IMG/VR virus record: IMGVR_UViG_3300005823_000001
Strand: one strand, 5' to 3'
DNA from: an uncultured virus (IMG/VR IMGVR_UViG_3300005823_000001)
Lineage: Duplodnaviria > Heunggongvirae > Uroviricota > Caudoviricetes
DNA length: 64,000 nt
Shown: positions 47,860-57,298 of the stretch, piece by piece
Position numbering within the stretch: position 1 is the first letter of the stretch
Layout: the number at the start of each line of letters is the position of its first letter
Made by a program: the position numbers and the translations under genes
The notes under the pieces: generated by a model
What the model was told of the DNA's origin: nothing
The model's input: the letters and a program-made list of their open reading frames with translations, nothing else
Databases searched by the model: none

Positions 47860-48819
47860 TTAATTATGGCGAAGTTGACGGGCTCTCGCCGCCAATTTTA
47901 GGCTAAAATGGCATCTTTTTTCAAGAACGTCCTTGACCATGTACGGCGGACACTCCTGTATATCTTTGAATCCTAACGGCAATTCTACTACGCTGGTGTA
48001 GGCCTCAAACCGCCGATAGCACATTTCCTCTAGCCGGAGGCCCGCGCTATCAGCATCGAAACACAGTATAATCTCGCTTGGGCCTAGGCCCTGCACCCAA
48101 GCCGTCTGCCATTCACTCATATCTGAGCCTAAGATGGCTAGGGCTGGCCCCCAATGCTCCCATACCCAAATGCAGTCAAGCGCACCCTCTACTAACACCA
48201 CGGCCTCAGGATTGCGCTCTATTCTGTCCATCCCGAATAAGTGCATGGCCCGCTGGAATCCCTTAGTATATAGATACTTGTGTGGGCTGCTAGGGCCAAA
48301 CCTCTTGATAACAGCTACCCGCCGCCGGTCATCATCGTAAACTGGTATGACTATAGCCTTGTCATTAGCATCATAACCTATACCCCAGCGTTTAATCATC
48401 GCCGGTGTATACCCGCGCTCCAGAAACCAACGAGGCACCACGTCAAAACGGAAGTCAGTGTCCTGGGGTAGGTTTTGCGGCAGAGGAGGCCTCTGGGCCA
48501 CCAGGGAGCCGCTGGTGGGCAATTTGCGTAAAGTTTCCAGCAGGATCGCGGGCTCAACCGGCACGGCCTCGCTGAACATATCCACCTCAGCCGCTAGACG
48601 AGATTTTCCTAGCTTAGTCGCTAGTGTAAGCAGGTTCCCTCGCCCGCAACCGGAAAAGCATATCCATAGGCCCGTCTTTAGGTTAATACCAAAGCTAGGG
48701 TTGCTGTCCTCATGGAATGGACAGTGTGTATACATCTGGCCCTCACCGGTTATCTGGCCCACTATACCCCAGGAGCGCAATACCCGCGCTACGTCTACCT
48801 CCATACCCTCAAAGTTCAT
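47860..48819 (-). CDS. dnaG: DNA primase (CHC2 zinc finger + TOPRIM)
   Basis: CPFHED..PSF...C...C; LVEGALD; FDAD.AG; KD. Confidence 0.92.
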   Translation of the reverse strand: MNFEGMEVDVARVLRSWGIVGQITGEGQMYTHCPFHEDSNPSFGINLKTGLWICFSGCGRGNLLTLATKLGKSRLAAEVDMFSEAVPVEPAILLETLRKLPTSGSLVAQRPPLPQNLPQDTDFRFDVVPRWFLERGYTPAMIKRWGIGYDANDKAIVIPVYDDDRRRVAVIKRFGPSSPHKYLYTKGFQRAMHLFGMDRIERNPEAVVLVEGALDCIWVWEHWGPALAILGSDMSEWQTAWVQGLGPSEIILCFDADSAGLRLEEMCYRRFEAYTSVVELPLGFKDIQECPPYMVKDVLEKRCHFSLKLAARARQLRHN

Positions 48820-50045
48820 CCTATCTCCCTAATGATTCCCTTATCTACTTCCCATGCTAGCGTTTTGCTATCTGTGATGGCCATGCCTCGCCTATTCTTT
48901 TCCATACGGTATATTAATTGGCTCTCTTCATTTAGCCGCCTAGCTAGACCGATAACCTTGTCGCAGGCATGAGCAAAGCCCTGGCCAAAAGCACACTGAT
49001 TTATCTTAGGGATTCTATCTGGACGCACATCGCGGGTAGCCTGGTCGCTAAGTATGATAACTAAGTTATACGCTTCTGCCATACTCTTGAGGCTGTAGCT
49101 AATATCCCTTACCTGCTCCCATACCTTGTCACCGGCACCGCCACTTATCATAAAGCCTAGGCCATCTATAAGTACTAGGTCGGGCTTATGCTCACGTACC
49201 AGCTTACGCACCGCATTAAAATCCAGGTTGATATCCTCTACGTGGTCTACTGTGAGCCAATCCTCACGTTTTGCCATACGGCTCAGAAGTTTCTTATAGG
49301 CCTCCTCATCTATAGGATGGCCCTGCTGTAGGGCTAAATTGCTTATCTCCATACCGCTCTGGCCTGCCAAGAGTGTATCTACTCGTAGCTCAAGGTCACG
49401 GGCTGCCATCTCTGGCGATACAAATAGGACACGAGAGCCACCACGCCAAGCAGTTACGCCAAAATAGCAGAGTAACCACGTCTTGCCTATGCCGGTAGCA
49501 GATACAACACCTACTAGCTCACCATCCTGCCATCCTACTCCTGTAGCATCTATACTCAACAGGCCAGTGGGTATACCCTTTACCATGAGCGCTCGTCTTC
49601 TATTCAGAGCCCTGGCCCTGTAATCTCCTAGGCGTTCTATAGCACCAGCGTCCGTCTTGCTTGCATGGCCCTCGTCAACCGTAACACCTATATCTGATAA
49701 GTCCATTCGTAAGCCCTGTATGGCTCCTACAGGGTCATCTTTCAATCTAGGTATATGTTTCTCTAATGATGCAGCCGCTTTACGGTAGGCGTCCTGGTCT
49801 ATAAACCGCTTAAGCCAATATGGAAAGTCATCTTTCCTATTCCAGGCGTAATCAGGGAATTGAGCATTTAATACATCGACACCTGGTATCTCTAGCTGTT
49901 TCTCGTAATAACCACATATGAATTCTACTACGGTCTTGAGCCGCGTGAATCGCTCCGGCTGCACACCGGCCCGTAACATGATAGCTAGCTCATCCGGTGT
50001 AGTAAGAGAGCATATAAGGTTTTGTTCTGTAGCTAAATCTGGCAT
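48816..50045 (-). CDS. dnaB: Replicative helicase
   Basis: GIPTG...D, GIGKT, SPEM, VLIDG, KNRRG. Confidence 0.9.
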   Translation of the reverse strand: MPDLATEQNLICSLTTPDELAIMLRAGVQPERFTRLKTVVEFICGYYEKQLEIPGVDVLNAQFPDYAWNRKDDFPYWLKRFIDQDAYRKAAASLEKHIPRLKDDPVGAIQGLRMDLSDIGVTVDEGHASKTDAGAIERLGDYRARALNRRRALMVKGIPTGLLSIDATGVGWQDGELVGVVSATGIGKTWLLCYFGVTAWRGGSRVLFVSPEMAARDLELRVDTLLAGQSGMEISNLALQQGHPIDEEAYKKLLSRMAKREDWLTVDHVEDINLDFNAVRKLVREHKPDLVLIDGLGFMISGGAGDKVWEQVRDISYSLKSMAEAYNLVIILSDQATRDVRPDRIPKINQCAFGQGFAHACDKVIGLARRLNEESQLIYRMEKNRRGMAITDSKTLAWEVDKGIIREIG

Positions 50046-50494
50046 AACTCATCACACATATCTGCAAGGGTGGCTCGCGCTCCGGTTAGGTTAGCAGGAT
50101 GGCCCCAGCTATAGGCTGCATCTATCTCATCATATCTAATAATAGTATCTCTAAGCTCTCTGTCTTTGGTTACATACAGGAGGTAATAGGCCTTAGCTAG
50201 GAGCTTATCATGGAATACCTCGTCTTGTATATCCTCAGAGAGCCAACCGGCTACGCTCCTGATAGACGGGTCAGCCCAGCTATGGACATGTTGTATAATA
50301 GCGTAGCCGATTTGGTAGGCATCAAACCTAGATAATAACGACGAGAGCAGAGCCGTTTCTATTGCTCTGCTCTCGCCCTGGTACGATTTGCGGTATATGT
50401 TTTTGTACCACCAGGCCCACAGTTGCCACAGCAGAGTAGGAGTAGTTAGGTTGAGTAGCTTGCTGCGGCTACCCTGTAGACTACTTGGTGCCAT
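50033..50494 (-). CDS. Hypothetical protein (possible helicase loader/initiator)
   Basis: Immediately upstream of dnaB. Confidence 0.45.
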   Translation of the reverse strand: MAPSSLQGSRSKLLNLTTPTLLWQLWAWWYKNIYRKSYQGESRAIETALLSSLLSRFDAYQIGYAIIQHVHSWADPSIRSVAGWLSEDIQDEVFHDKLLAKAYYLLYVTKDRELRDTIIRYDEIDAAYSWGHPANLTGARATLADMCDELCQI

Positions 50495-50526
50495 TCCTAC
50501 CTTCCCATGTCCTATCAGAATATCGT

Positions 50527-51657
50527 CTACTCGCTAGCGGCCTTCTTAGCTCGCCGCTTCCGCTTGGGCTTAGGGGCTTCCTCTACCGGCTCCGGCTCCT
50601 CCACTACCGTAGCCTCAGCGTCTATGACCGGCTCCTGGTCGCCGTCTTCCTCCACAATGGCTACCTGGTGGCAAGTAGGGCAAGAAGTAAGGTGGCCCAG
50701 GAAGTGACCAGCTAGCCGCTGCATACGGTAGACCTTGAAAGCCCATCCAAAGTCATCACGGCCCATAGAGGTGTGGCTTGCCACGTAGGTCATGTGCTGT
50801 AGCAAGTCGTATACGGTCTGAGGTGGCTCCTCTGTGACGAGCTTCATAATGGCCCGCCGTTGCGGTACTTGGTGCTGAGCTAGGAGCCGGTCAAAATTGT
50901 CTAGGACTCCCTCTTCCAATGGCGTCTCAGCACTCCGCTGTACGTCGGCTAGCAGATGGTCGGCACCACTCCATACCTTACGCATCTGCCGCCTAGCCCA
51001 ATGGTACGTGCCTCTGGCCCTGGCGTCATCATCATCGCCCTCGCCATCGCCAGAACGTCGCCACCTCCGGCCTCTGTGCTCGGCGCTTATCATGCCATTG
51101 GTACACCGGAGCCGGTAGGCCACAAGCTCGATGGTCAAGGCCTGAAAGCCAATAAGAGAGCCTGACACCTGGATGCCTACCCGCGTGATGTCACCAACAG
51201 ATACAGCCGTCTCTCGCGACCCTAGGCCCACGAAAGAGAAATGCTTAAGCGTCTTGGTATTGGCCAGCCAGTCTACCGGCTGTATGGCCCTATCCAAAGA
51301 CTCGATAAGCTCCTCAGGTCGGTAGGGCTCCAGCGCCGTAGTGCTAGCCTCTACGACACGGCCCTCCGATGGCTCTACCAGGATGTTGAATGGCTGGCCC
51401 GCCTCAGCTAGGCAAGTCAGTTGGTGCCGGTAGTGAGGCAACACAAGCTCGTTAGGTAGCCCGTTGAAGTAATCGCTAGGCACCGGCAGAGCGGCCCCTA
51501 TAGCCTGGATGTTGCCTAGGTTGAGCGGCACCCTCGCCTGGTCAGCTAGCTTGATACGGCGGCCCCGCGTATCGAATTCGATACTAGCAGGGTCTACGGT
51601 ATGCAAGTTGCTCTGGCTAAGTGGTGCGAACACCTGCAATACGTCTTCCTTATTCAC
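50527..51657 (-). CDS. DUF932-like protein
   Basis: YRLRCTNGMI motif; TVYDL....TY.ASH. Confidence 0.7.
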   Translation of the reverse strand: MNKEDVLQVFAPLSQSNLHTVDPASIEFDTRGRRIKLADQARVPLNLGNIQAIGAALPVPSDYFNGLPNELVLPHYRHQLTCLAEAGQPFNILVEPSEGRVVEASTTALEPYRPEELIESLDRAIQPVDWLANTKTLKHFSFVGLGSRETAVSVGDITRVGIQVSGSLIGFQALTIELVAYRLRCTNGMISAEHRGRRWRRSGDGEGDDDDARARGTYHWARRQMRKVWSGADHLLADVQRSAETPLEEGVLDNFDRLLAQHQVPQRRAIMKLVTEEPPQTVYDLLQHMTYVASHTSMGRDDFGWAFKVYRMQRLAGHFLGHLTSCPTCHQVAIVEEDGDQEPVIDAEATVVEEPEPVEEAPKPKRKRRAKKAASE

Positions 51658-53288
51658 TTATACCCCCTTGCTAAGGCGATCATGTCGCCTATGCTAAGCT
51701 TACGCTGCCTTACCTCGTCTACTCCTGCCAAGAAATCACTAGCTAGCCGTAACTTCTTGTACAGAATAGTCCAGATATACTCGTCTATAGTGTCTCCTCC
51801 CTTCAGATTGATTACGTTAACTGTCTTATCTTGGCCAATACGATGTAGCCGGTCTTCCCTTTGGGCTAGCTTGGCTGGATTCCAAGGGTAATCATAGTGT
51901 ATCACATAATCAGCCATCGTGAGATTAATACCATAGGCACCCACCTCAGTCATGACCAGATAAGGACATGGGCTGCTCTCAAAGCTATCTAGTATATCAG
52001 ACCGTGTTTCCATCTTTGTCTTACCTGTTACTATAAGGCAATCTAACCTCTCCTGAATAGCCCTGGCTACCTCGGCGTACTGTGTGAATATGACTACCCG
52101 ATGGCCACGGCCTATCTCCTCAAGTATATTCTGTAGCTCATTCAACTTACTCGTACCGGCCCCATCTACCAATAGTGGTGGATAGTCCACTAGTTGCTTT
52201 AGCCGCGTCAGCTTAGCTAGGATATTAGGCATCGTCTCACGGTCTATGGTGTGCACCCAAGATACGAAATCCCTTACGGCCCTGTTGTACTCCTGGCGCT
52301 CCCTGTAGCTAAGCTCCACTATGTAATCCTGTACTATCTTGGCCGGTAGCTGGGGCTCAACGTCGGCCTTGAGCCGTCGTAGGAAATACGGCGCTACCTT
52401 TATCTGCACCTCTTCTAGGCCCCTGTAGCCGGTCGTCTTGCCCCATAAATCTTTAATACAATGCTGTTCTACGAATAGCCATCCTGGGCCTAGGAGTGTT
52501 GGCTGTACGAATTCCATGATACTATGTAGCTCTTCCAAGGTATTCTCTATTGGCTGGCCAGACATGGCAATAGCGTACTTGCACTGTAAGCGCTTAAGCC
52601 GTTTGGTGGTCTGAGCCCTATAGTTCTTTACCCTGGTGGCCTCGTCAGCCACTATACAACCCCACTTGTAGGGCATGATATCTGCATCATGTAAAAGAAG
52701 CTCGTAATTAGCTATCTTAATCTTGGGCTCGGCCTTGGCCCAAGACTCCCGCCGGTCAGCCTTGCTGCCGGTGATGATTTCACAGCCCATACGGGCTGTA
52801 TGCTTGTGTATCTCCCTCTCCCAATTCACCTTTACAGAGGCCGGACACAGGACTAAGGTACTACTCGGCTCCCATGCCATTATAGCAGCGATGGCTTGAA
52901 TGGTTTTGCCTAGGCCCATCTCATCTGCTAGTAACACCCGCTTACCTTCTGTTACAAACTTAGCCCCTACTCGCTGGAATGGCCGGAGTGTACTTATCAT
53001 GCCTGGTGTCTCGAATTCGGCATCTTCTAGGTCGCGAGTAGCCAACTGGCGCTCTGTTAGCCGCCTCTGGTGGCTCAGGAAGACGGTAAGAACCTCCTCG
53101 TAGGCCCAAGTGTAGCCCCGCTGTCTGAGGACACCCTCAAGACGCTTCAGTTGGCCTAGAGGGAATTCCCAACGCTTATGGCGAGGATTCCACCGGCGGC
53201 CTGGTATAGTCCTGTAGGCCTCAACGAGGCCTAGGTCAAAAGGCGATACCGCCGTAAGGTTCTTACCGTCTAGGCTGAGTACTATCAC
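51654..53288 (-). CDS. SNF2-family helicase with HARP-like N-terminus
   Basis: LADEMGLGKT, ADEA, SGQPIEN, GINL, WNP..QREDRLHRIGQ. Confidence 0.93.
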   Translation of the reverse strand: MIVLSLDGKNLTAVSPFDLGLVEAYRTIPGRRWNPRHKRWEFPLGQLKRLEGVLRQRGYTWAYEEVLTVFLSHQRRLTERQLATRDLEDAEFETPGMISTLRPFQRVGAKFVTEGKRVLLADEMGLGKTIQAIAAIMAWEPSSTLVLCPASVKVNWEREIHKHTARMGCEIITGSKADRRESWAKAEPKIKIANYELLLHDADIMPYKWGCIVADEATRVKNYRAQTTKRLKRLQCKYAIAMSGQPIENTLEELHSIMEFVQPTLLGPGWLFVEQHCIKDLWGKTTGYRGLEEVQIKVAPYFLRRLKADVEPQLPAKIVQDYIVELSYRERQEYNRAVRDFVSWVHTIDRETMPNILAKLTRLKQLVDYPPLLVDGAGTSKLNELQNILEEIGRGHRVVIFTQYAEVARAIQERLDCLIVTGKTKMETRSDILDSFESSPCPYLVMTEVGAYGINLTMADYVIHYDYPWNPAKLAQREDRLHRIGQDKTVNVINLKGGDTIDEYIWTILYKKLRLASDFLAGVDEVRQRKLSIGDMIALARGYK

Positions 53289-53590
53289 TATTTGGTAGCC
53301 GCCTTTTGTCTTCTATATGCTGCCCAACACGCCTGTAGCCACATTTGCTCAGGCCCGCTAATCATAATCCCTGGTAATCCTACTATCCCTCGCGCATCTA
53401 TTTTCACTATGCGACAATTTTCCCATCCTGCATCGCCACCATAGACAAGTAGTAAACCATCCTGGCATATCGCTATCCACTGTTCGCCATGCTCATTCTC
53501 ATAGTAGCTGGCGAATTCTGCTTTGTTTGCGTCTATCTCCGGTGGCGAACCACAACCCTCTACATGCTTATTATCAGCCTTGAACAGCAC
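53288..53590 (-). CDS. Hypothetical protein
   Basis: YYENEHGEQW...GGDAGW; GGAGG RBS. Confidence 0.65.
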   Translation of the reverse strand: MLFKADNKHVEGCGSPPEIDANKAEFASYYENEHGEQWIAICQDGLLLVYGGDAGWENCRIVKIDARGIVGLPGIMISGPEQMWLQACWAAYRRQKAATK

Positions 53591-53599
53591 AGCTACCTC

Positions 53600-54475
53600 C
53601 TATAGCTCAAGCGTTTGCAGATGTGTACGGAATTGCGCTGTAGCTCTTTCCTCTTCGGCATCTACCTCCCATAGGGCTTCATAGTCAAGTATCCCGTTAG
53701 CCCTTTCTATAAAGACTCTGGCTTGCTCGTCTCGTAGCGCTTCCCATTGGAATGTACCAGGCCGCTCAGGGTTTTCAGGTATGTCGTACTCTACCTCATG
53801 GCCTGGATTGAGACCTATGCGCTCAAAGTCTATATCATCCCTGGCCCTGGCTACTAGTGCATCGCTACAGTTGTATTCGCCTTTAATCAGGCCCAGCGTC
53901 CATACATAGATGTCCCGCCAAGCAGAATAGGGTATCTCCATACCCTTAGGGTCATAGTCGCCGTAGTAGAAGATTTTGATAGGCTTCTGATGGAGGATAT
54001 ACCGACGGGCTAGGCGCTCAGCCGCTTTCCACTTCTCCGGTATAGAAATGTCGCCGTGAAAAGCAAGTAGGCTGATATTGCCATCCGCGTAATGGTCGAA
54101 TTGGGCAGACATAGCAGAGGCCTCAAACCAACACTCCGTGTATACCGGTTGCTTTTGCCATCGGTCTATAGCACAGTGGCTCCGCTCCTGTAGGGCTCGC
54201 AGCCATTCAGCAGGATTGGTATAGCCGCCACCGCGTACTACAGCAGCACGGCTATCATCGGCTAGGGTAGCCGGATGCCAACCGTTATAGAATTCCTTAC
54301 GGGCTTTGGATAGAAGGCCAAGCAAGTGCTTGTATCCGGCCTTCTCGCTGTAGAGCCCTTCCTGTAACAGCCGGTAGAATACCCACCTAGCTGTTACCTG
54401 ATAGGGCACCGAATCGACATAGCCTTTGGCCATATCTATAATGACCTTGTTCCTAGCAGCAGGTGTATAGGTCAC
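53600..54475 (-). CDS. Topoisomerase VI-A/Spo11-like wHTH + TOPRIM protein
   Basis: TARWVFYRL...Y..L..AR, Q..Y.E.WFE, YYGDYDP.G, RIGLN, WEAL. Confidence 0.7.
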   Translation of the reverse strand: MTYTPAARNKVIIDMAKGYVDSVPYQVTARWVFYRLLQEGLYSEKAGYKHLLGLLSKARKEFYNGWHPATLADDSRAAVVRGGGYTNPAEWLRALQERSHCAIDRWQKQPVYTECWFEASAMSAQFDHYADGNISLLAFHGDISIPEKWKAAERLARRYILHQKPIKIFYYGDYDPKGMEIPYSAWRDIYVWTLGLIKGEYNCSDALVARARDDIDFERIGLNPGHEVEYDIPENPERPGTFQWEALRDEQARVFIERANGILDYEALWEVDAEEERATAQFRTHLQTLEL

Positions 54476-54683
54476 TGTGCGTTCCTCCTAGCATCTCTAC
54501 AGCGGCCCTCATTAGCCGCCTACGAGACTTAAAGCCTACGCTCCTGGGGTTATCTGTCTTAGTTACAGGCCTACCATCTAGCCAACCGTGATGATAGGCC
54601 CTATGCCCAGGATGCGGGCTACTACGCAGCATAATCAACGTATGCCCTTTGAGCGGCCCGTATGGTATCTTGCTGTTTGCCAT
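54453..54683 (-). CDS. Hypothetical protein
   Basis: Part of the early operon chain. Confidence 0.5.
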   Translation of the reverse strand: MANSKIPYGPLKGHTLIMLRSSPHPGHRAYHHGWLDGRPVTKTDNPRSVGFKSRRRLMRAAVEMLGGTHSDLYTCC

Positions 54684-54684
54684 C

Positions 54685-54978
54685 CTAGAACCTTCTGGCT
54701 ATGTGAATGGCCCCTAGCAGGTAATTCCATACCTCACGGATAGTCATGTTGATGGCCACTACCTGCATGTCATCCGGTATCGGTAGTGCGTGTTGGAATA
54801 CGTGCGATATAGCCTCTGTAGGCTGCTGGTTAATACGCCGCCATATGGAATAACGTATTGCGCCGTTCTCCTTTTTACGCCATATAGCAAAGTAGTTGTA
54901 GCCGATCTGGTCGTATAGCTCGTGGCAAGCATCGCCCAAGCTCTTGTCGGTTACCCTCTGCCGGTGCGGAATCGTCAT
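54685..54978 (-). CDS. Hypothetical protein
   Basis: AGGAGG RBS; early operon. Confidence 0.6.
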   Translation of the reverse strand: MTIPHRQRVTDKSLGDACHELYDQIGYNYFAIWRKKENGAIRYSIWRRINQQPTEAISHVFQHALPIPDDMQVVAINMTIREVWNYLLGAIHIARRF

Positions 54979-54980
54979 AG

Positions 54981-55409
54981 CTACTTGGCCTCCTGGTGGC
55001 TCTCCCTGACATGCGCCATAAGGTCATCAAGGTCATCGTATAGCTCTTCACACGCAGGACAGGCATACGGCGCTACTGCCATTAGCTCTAGGTCGCAATC
55101 GTCATTACACTTCTGACCGTCCGGCTCCTCACCTCGCAGATAGAAGGTGTCACACGCGGTACACTTGTAGCCCTCTATATGACGGATGAGGTAGAGAGTC
55201 TCGCCTATAGCGAGTACGAAGCCATCACCCTCTGTAATTGTGATGGACTTAAGAGCACGGCCTATCTTTTCGGCTACCCCATAGGCATCAATGTAAGCTA
55301 GGCCATTGAGGGGAGTATCTTCTAGCTCACTAGCTGCTACCCTAAGCGCCTTGCTTAGCTTGACGGCGGTATTCGGGTGCATCCGTACCTCCAACTCTTC
55401 ATACCACAT
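54981..55409 (-). CDS. Zn-finger hypothetical protein
   Basis: CTAC..C...C; YACPAC...H...H (C2H2-like). Confidence 0.6.
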   Translation of the reverse strand: MWYEELEVRMHPNTAVKLSKALRVAASELEDTPLNGLAYIDAYGVAEKIGRALKSITITEGDGFVLAIGETLYLIRHIEGYKCTACDTFYLRGEEPDGQKCNDDCDLELMAVAPYACPACEELYDDLDDLMAHVRESHQEAK

Positions 55410-55557
55410 ACCGTGCAGATAACCTTCTCACGGTTATGCTCAGGAAGGACACCTGCTACCTTTTCGCCGGTCAGCTTCCAGGTATGCTTCATACCATCCT
55501 TAGCACAGGAGAAGTCATCAGCCGTTGCCTGCCTAGCAAACTCAATACGGCTATTCA

Positions 55558-56046
55558 TTACGCGCCTGCCTGCTCTAGCTGGTCTACCAAGTCCCACCTA
55601 GCCCAAACGAGCATAGGCCGATTCGTGTACCCTTGTAGCTCTGTCCACCGCATCTGTGACTCGGACGCTGTACGGACTAGAGCCGGTACACCATCGTCAT
55701 CGGCCCGCCATGAGTAGTACTTAGTAGGCTCTCCTGGCTTCTGGTAGTAAGAGTCCATTGGCTTCCTAGGGTTACCAGCAGGGAAGGTTGCCTGTATGAT
55801 GTGCCCTGCGGTATTCCATGCTATCTGGTCGGCCTTGTACGATGGCTGGTCATCGCACCCTACAACCGCATGTAGCTTGTAAACGTAGGTCTTTCGCCTA
55901 CTTGTGCGCTCCGGCTGTGTGCCACCATCACGTAGGCAACCATGGTTCTTGCCATTACAGCTACACCGGCAGATATCCTCTCTGGCATGCCAGCAAGCGT
56001 CCCCACAAGTATGTGCGTACATCAGCGCTTCTGTAATAGGATTCAC
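55558..56046 (-). CDS. Cys-rich hypothetical protein, first gene of the leftward early operon
   Basis: CGDACWHA...C.CSC.G.NHG; follows the repeated promoter. Confidence 0.7.
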   Translation of the reverse strand: MNPITEALMYAHTCGDACWHAREDICRCSCNGKNHGCLRDGGTQPERTSRRKTYVYKLHAVVGCDDQPSYKADQIAWNTAGHIIQATFPAGNPRKPMDSYYQKPGEPTKYYSWRADDDGVPALVRTASESQMRWTELQGYTNRPMLVWARWDLVDQLEQAGA

Positions 56047-56050
56047 GTTA

Positions 56051-56112
56051 CCTCCTAGCTGCTATATCCTACTCGCTACAGATATTATCCTCCACTTTAC
56101 CCCACAAGTCAA
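56051..56112 (-). promoter_or_regulatory. Sigma70-type early promoter with leader and RBS
   Basis: TTGACT-17-GATAAT and a 24-bp leader identical to 19509-19532. Confidence 0.85.
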
Positions 56113-56169
56113 GTTTTTCCTCTGTACGAGTGGATTTTTCTTCCAAATTTCTTTTGGCTGTATCCTCTA

Positions 56170-56600
56170 TCTCATGCTTGAGGGTACAATGGCCCCCTAG
56201 GAAAGAGGGTCACTGTACACCAGCTTGAGGTATACAATCCGGTGCTTTCAACCGGACGGCCTTATCTCCATATCTCAGCTGAGGAATTGTCTCGTTTCCG
56301 ATGGAGTGCTGCCCAGGTCTGCCATTACCAGCTATTCAGCCGTGGCCTCAACAGGACGGCTTCTACCCGTAGGCGACTAGATAGTGTCTGGGGTGTCCAG
56401 GTCAGTTACTCACGTAGCCCCTGGCTCCCTGGCCTAAGGGATACCGAATCCTACGGTCTACCGGTAAACCGGCTCATTATGTCAGCTAGCATCGGCCAAG
56501 CTAGCTTGATAGGGAGAGGCGGCCCCGCCGCTAACCGCCTCTCCCCTAACCAGGAGGTAACGGAGGGTATATGGGGGTGCGGCCACTTCATCCATGCCCT
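56170..56600 (-). ncRNA. Candidate large structured ncRNA (class unknown)
   Basis: About ten helices, three GNRA tetraloops on the minus strand, long-range CCGUAGG/CCUACGG helix, upstream TGnCATAAT. Confidence 0.6.
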
Positions 56601-56655
56601 CCATTCTAATTATGACAGGTTTTGCAGCCGGTCGCCGCCAATTTTGGAGAAAGAT

Positions 56656-56684
56656 TTGACTTTTCTTGCGAGGTGAGGCATAAT
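56656..56684 (+). promoter_or_regulatory. Sigma70-type promoter
   Basis: TTGACT-17-CATAAT. Confidence 0.75.
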
Positions 56685-56703
56685 ATATGGTGAGGGTAGT
56701 TAT

Positions 56704-56982
56704 ATGGTGCTACAAATGACTAGGGAGCGTAAGCGGAAAAGGGGTACTCCTAAGGGTACACGGCTATCTCGTGCTCATCGTGATGCTATAAGTCGCGGTA
56801 TGAAACGTAATAAGCAATTTATGGAGGCAATACAAGGCCCGCGTAATGACGATTGGCGAGCTAAGATAGCTGCATCCTCACAAGTGAATAAGGATGAAAA
56901 CCCTAAGGAATGGGAGCGCTTATACAAGCGTCACCTGGCCCGCCTCCGGCTCCTACGGCTTGCTGAGGAGCAGGCTAACTAA
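56704..56982 (+). CDS. Basic protein with NUMOD3-like motifs
   Basis: KGTRLSRAHRDAISRGMK and DWRAKIAAS. Confidence 0.6.
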   Translation: MVLQMTRERKRKRGTPKGTRLSRAHRDAISRGMKRNKQFMEAIQGPRNDDWRAKIAASSQVNKDENPKEWERLYKRHLARLRLLRLAEEQAN

Positions 56983-57047
56983 ATACGATAGTCTATCGCG
57001 TTTCTCCTTTCTGGTGTTAAGTGGCCTAGTTGGTCGAGCTAGGCCAC

Positions 57048-57076
57048 TTGACTTTTCCGGTGAAGTCCATCATAAT
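57048..57076 (+). promoter_or_regulatory. Sigma70-type promoter
   Basis: TTGACT-17-CATAAT; the -35 box overlaps an inverted repeat at 57019-57049. Confidence 0.75.
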
Positions 57077-57098
57077 ATAAATCGGAGGTGAACACTAT

Positions 57099-57290
57099 AT
57101 GAGAATGATGTGGAATAGTGGTTTTGAAACCGGCCCCAGCCCAGGCCCCACTCGTATCAAGGTAGCTAAAGGCAAAGTGCCTATACTCCAAGCTACTGTG
57201 CTAACGGATGATGATATATGGGACACCATTTGGTCATCCGGCCCGCGTAATATCTGGATAGTGCATAACCCACATCCTAAGTGGGGATAG
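57099..57290 (+). CDS. Hypothetical protein
   Basis: GGAGGTG RBS downstream of the promoter. Confidence 0.55.
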   Translation: MRMMWNSGFETGPSPGPTRIKVAKGKVPILQATVLTDDDIWDTIWSSGPRNIWIVHNPHPKWG

Positions 57291-57298
57291 GAGATAGC

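Noticed and set aside
56242..56676. 144-aa + strand ORF
   Set aside because: No RBS, it runs through a promoter, and the region is better explained by minus-strand RNA structure.
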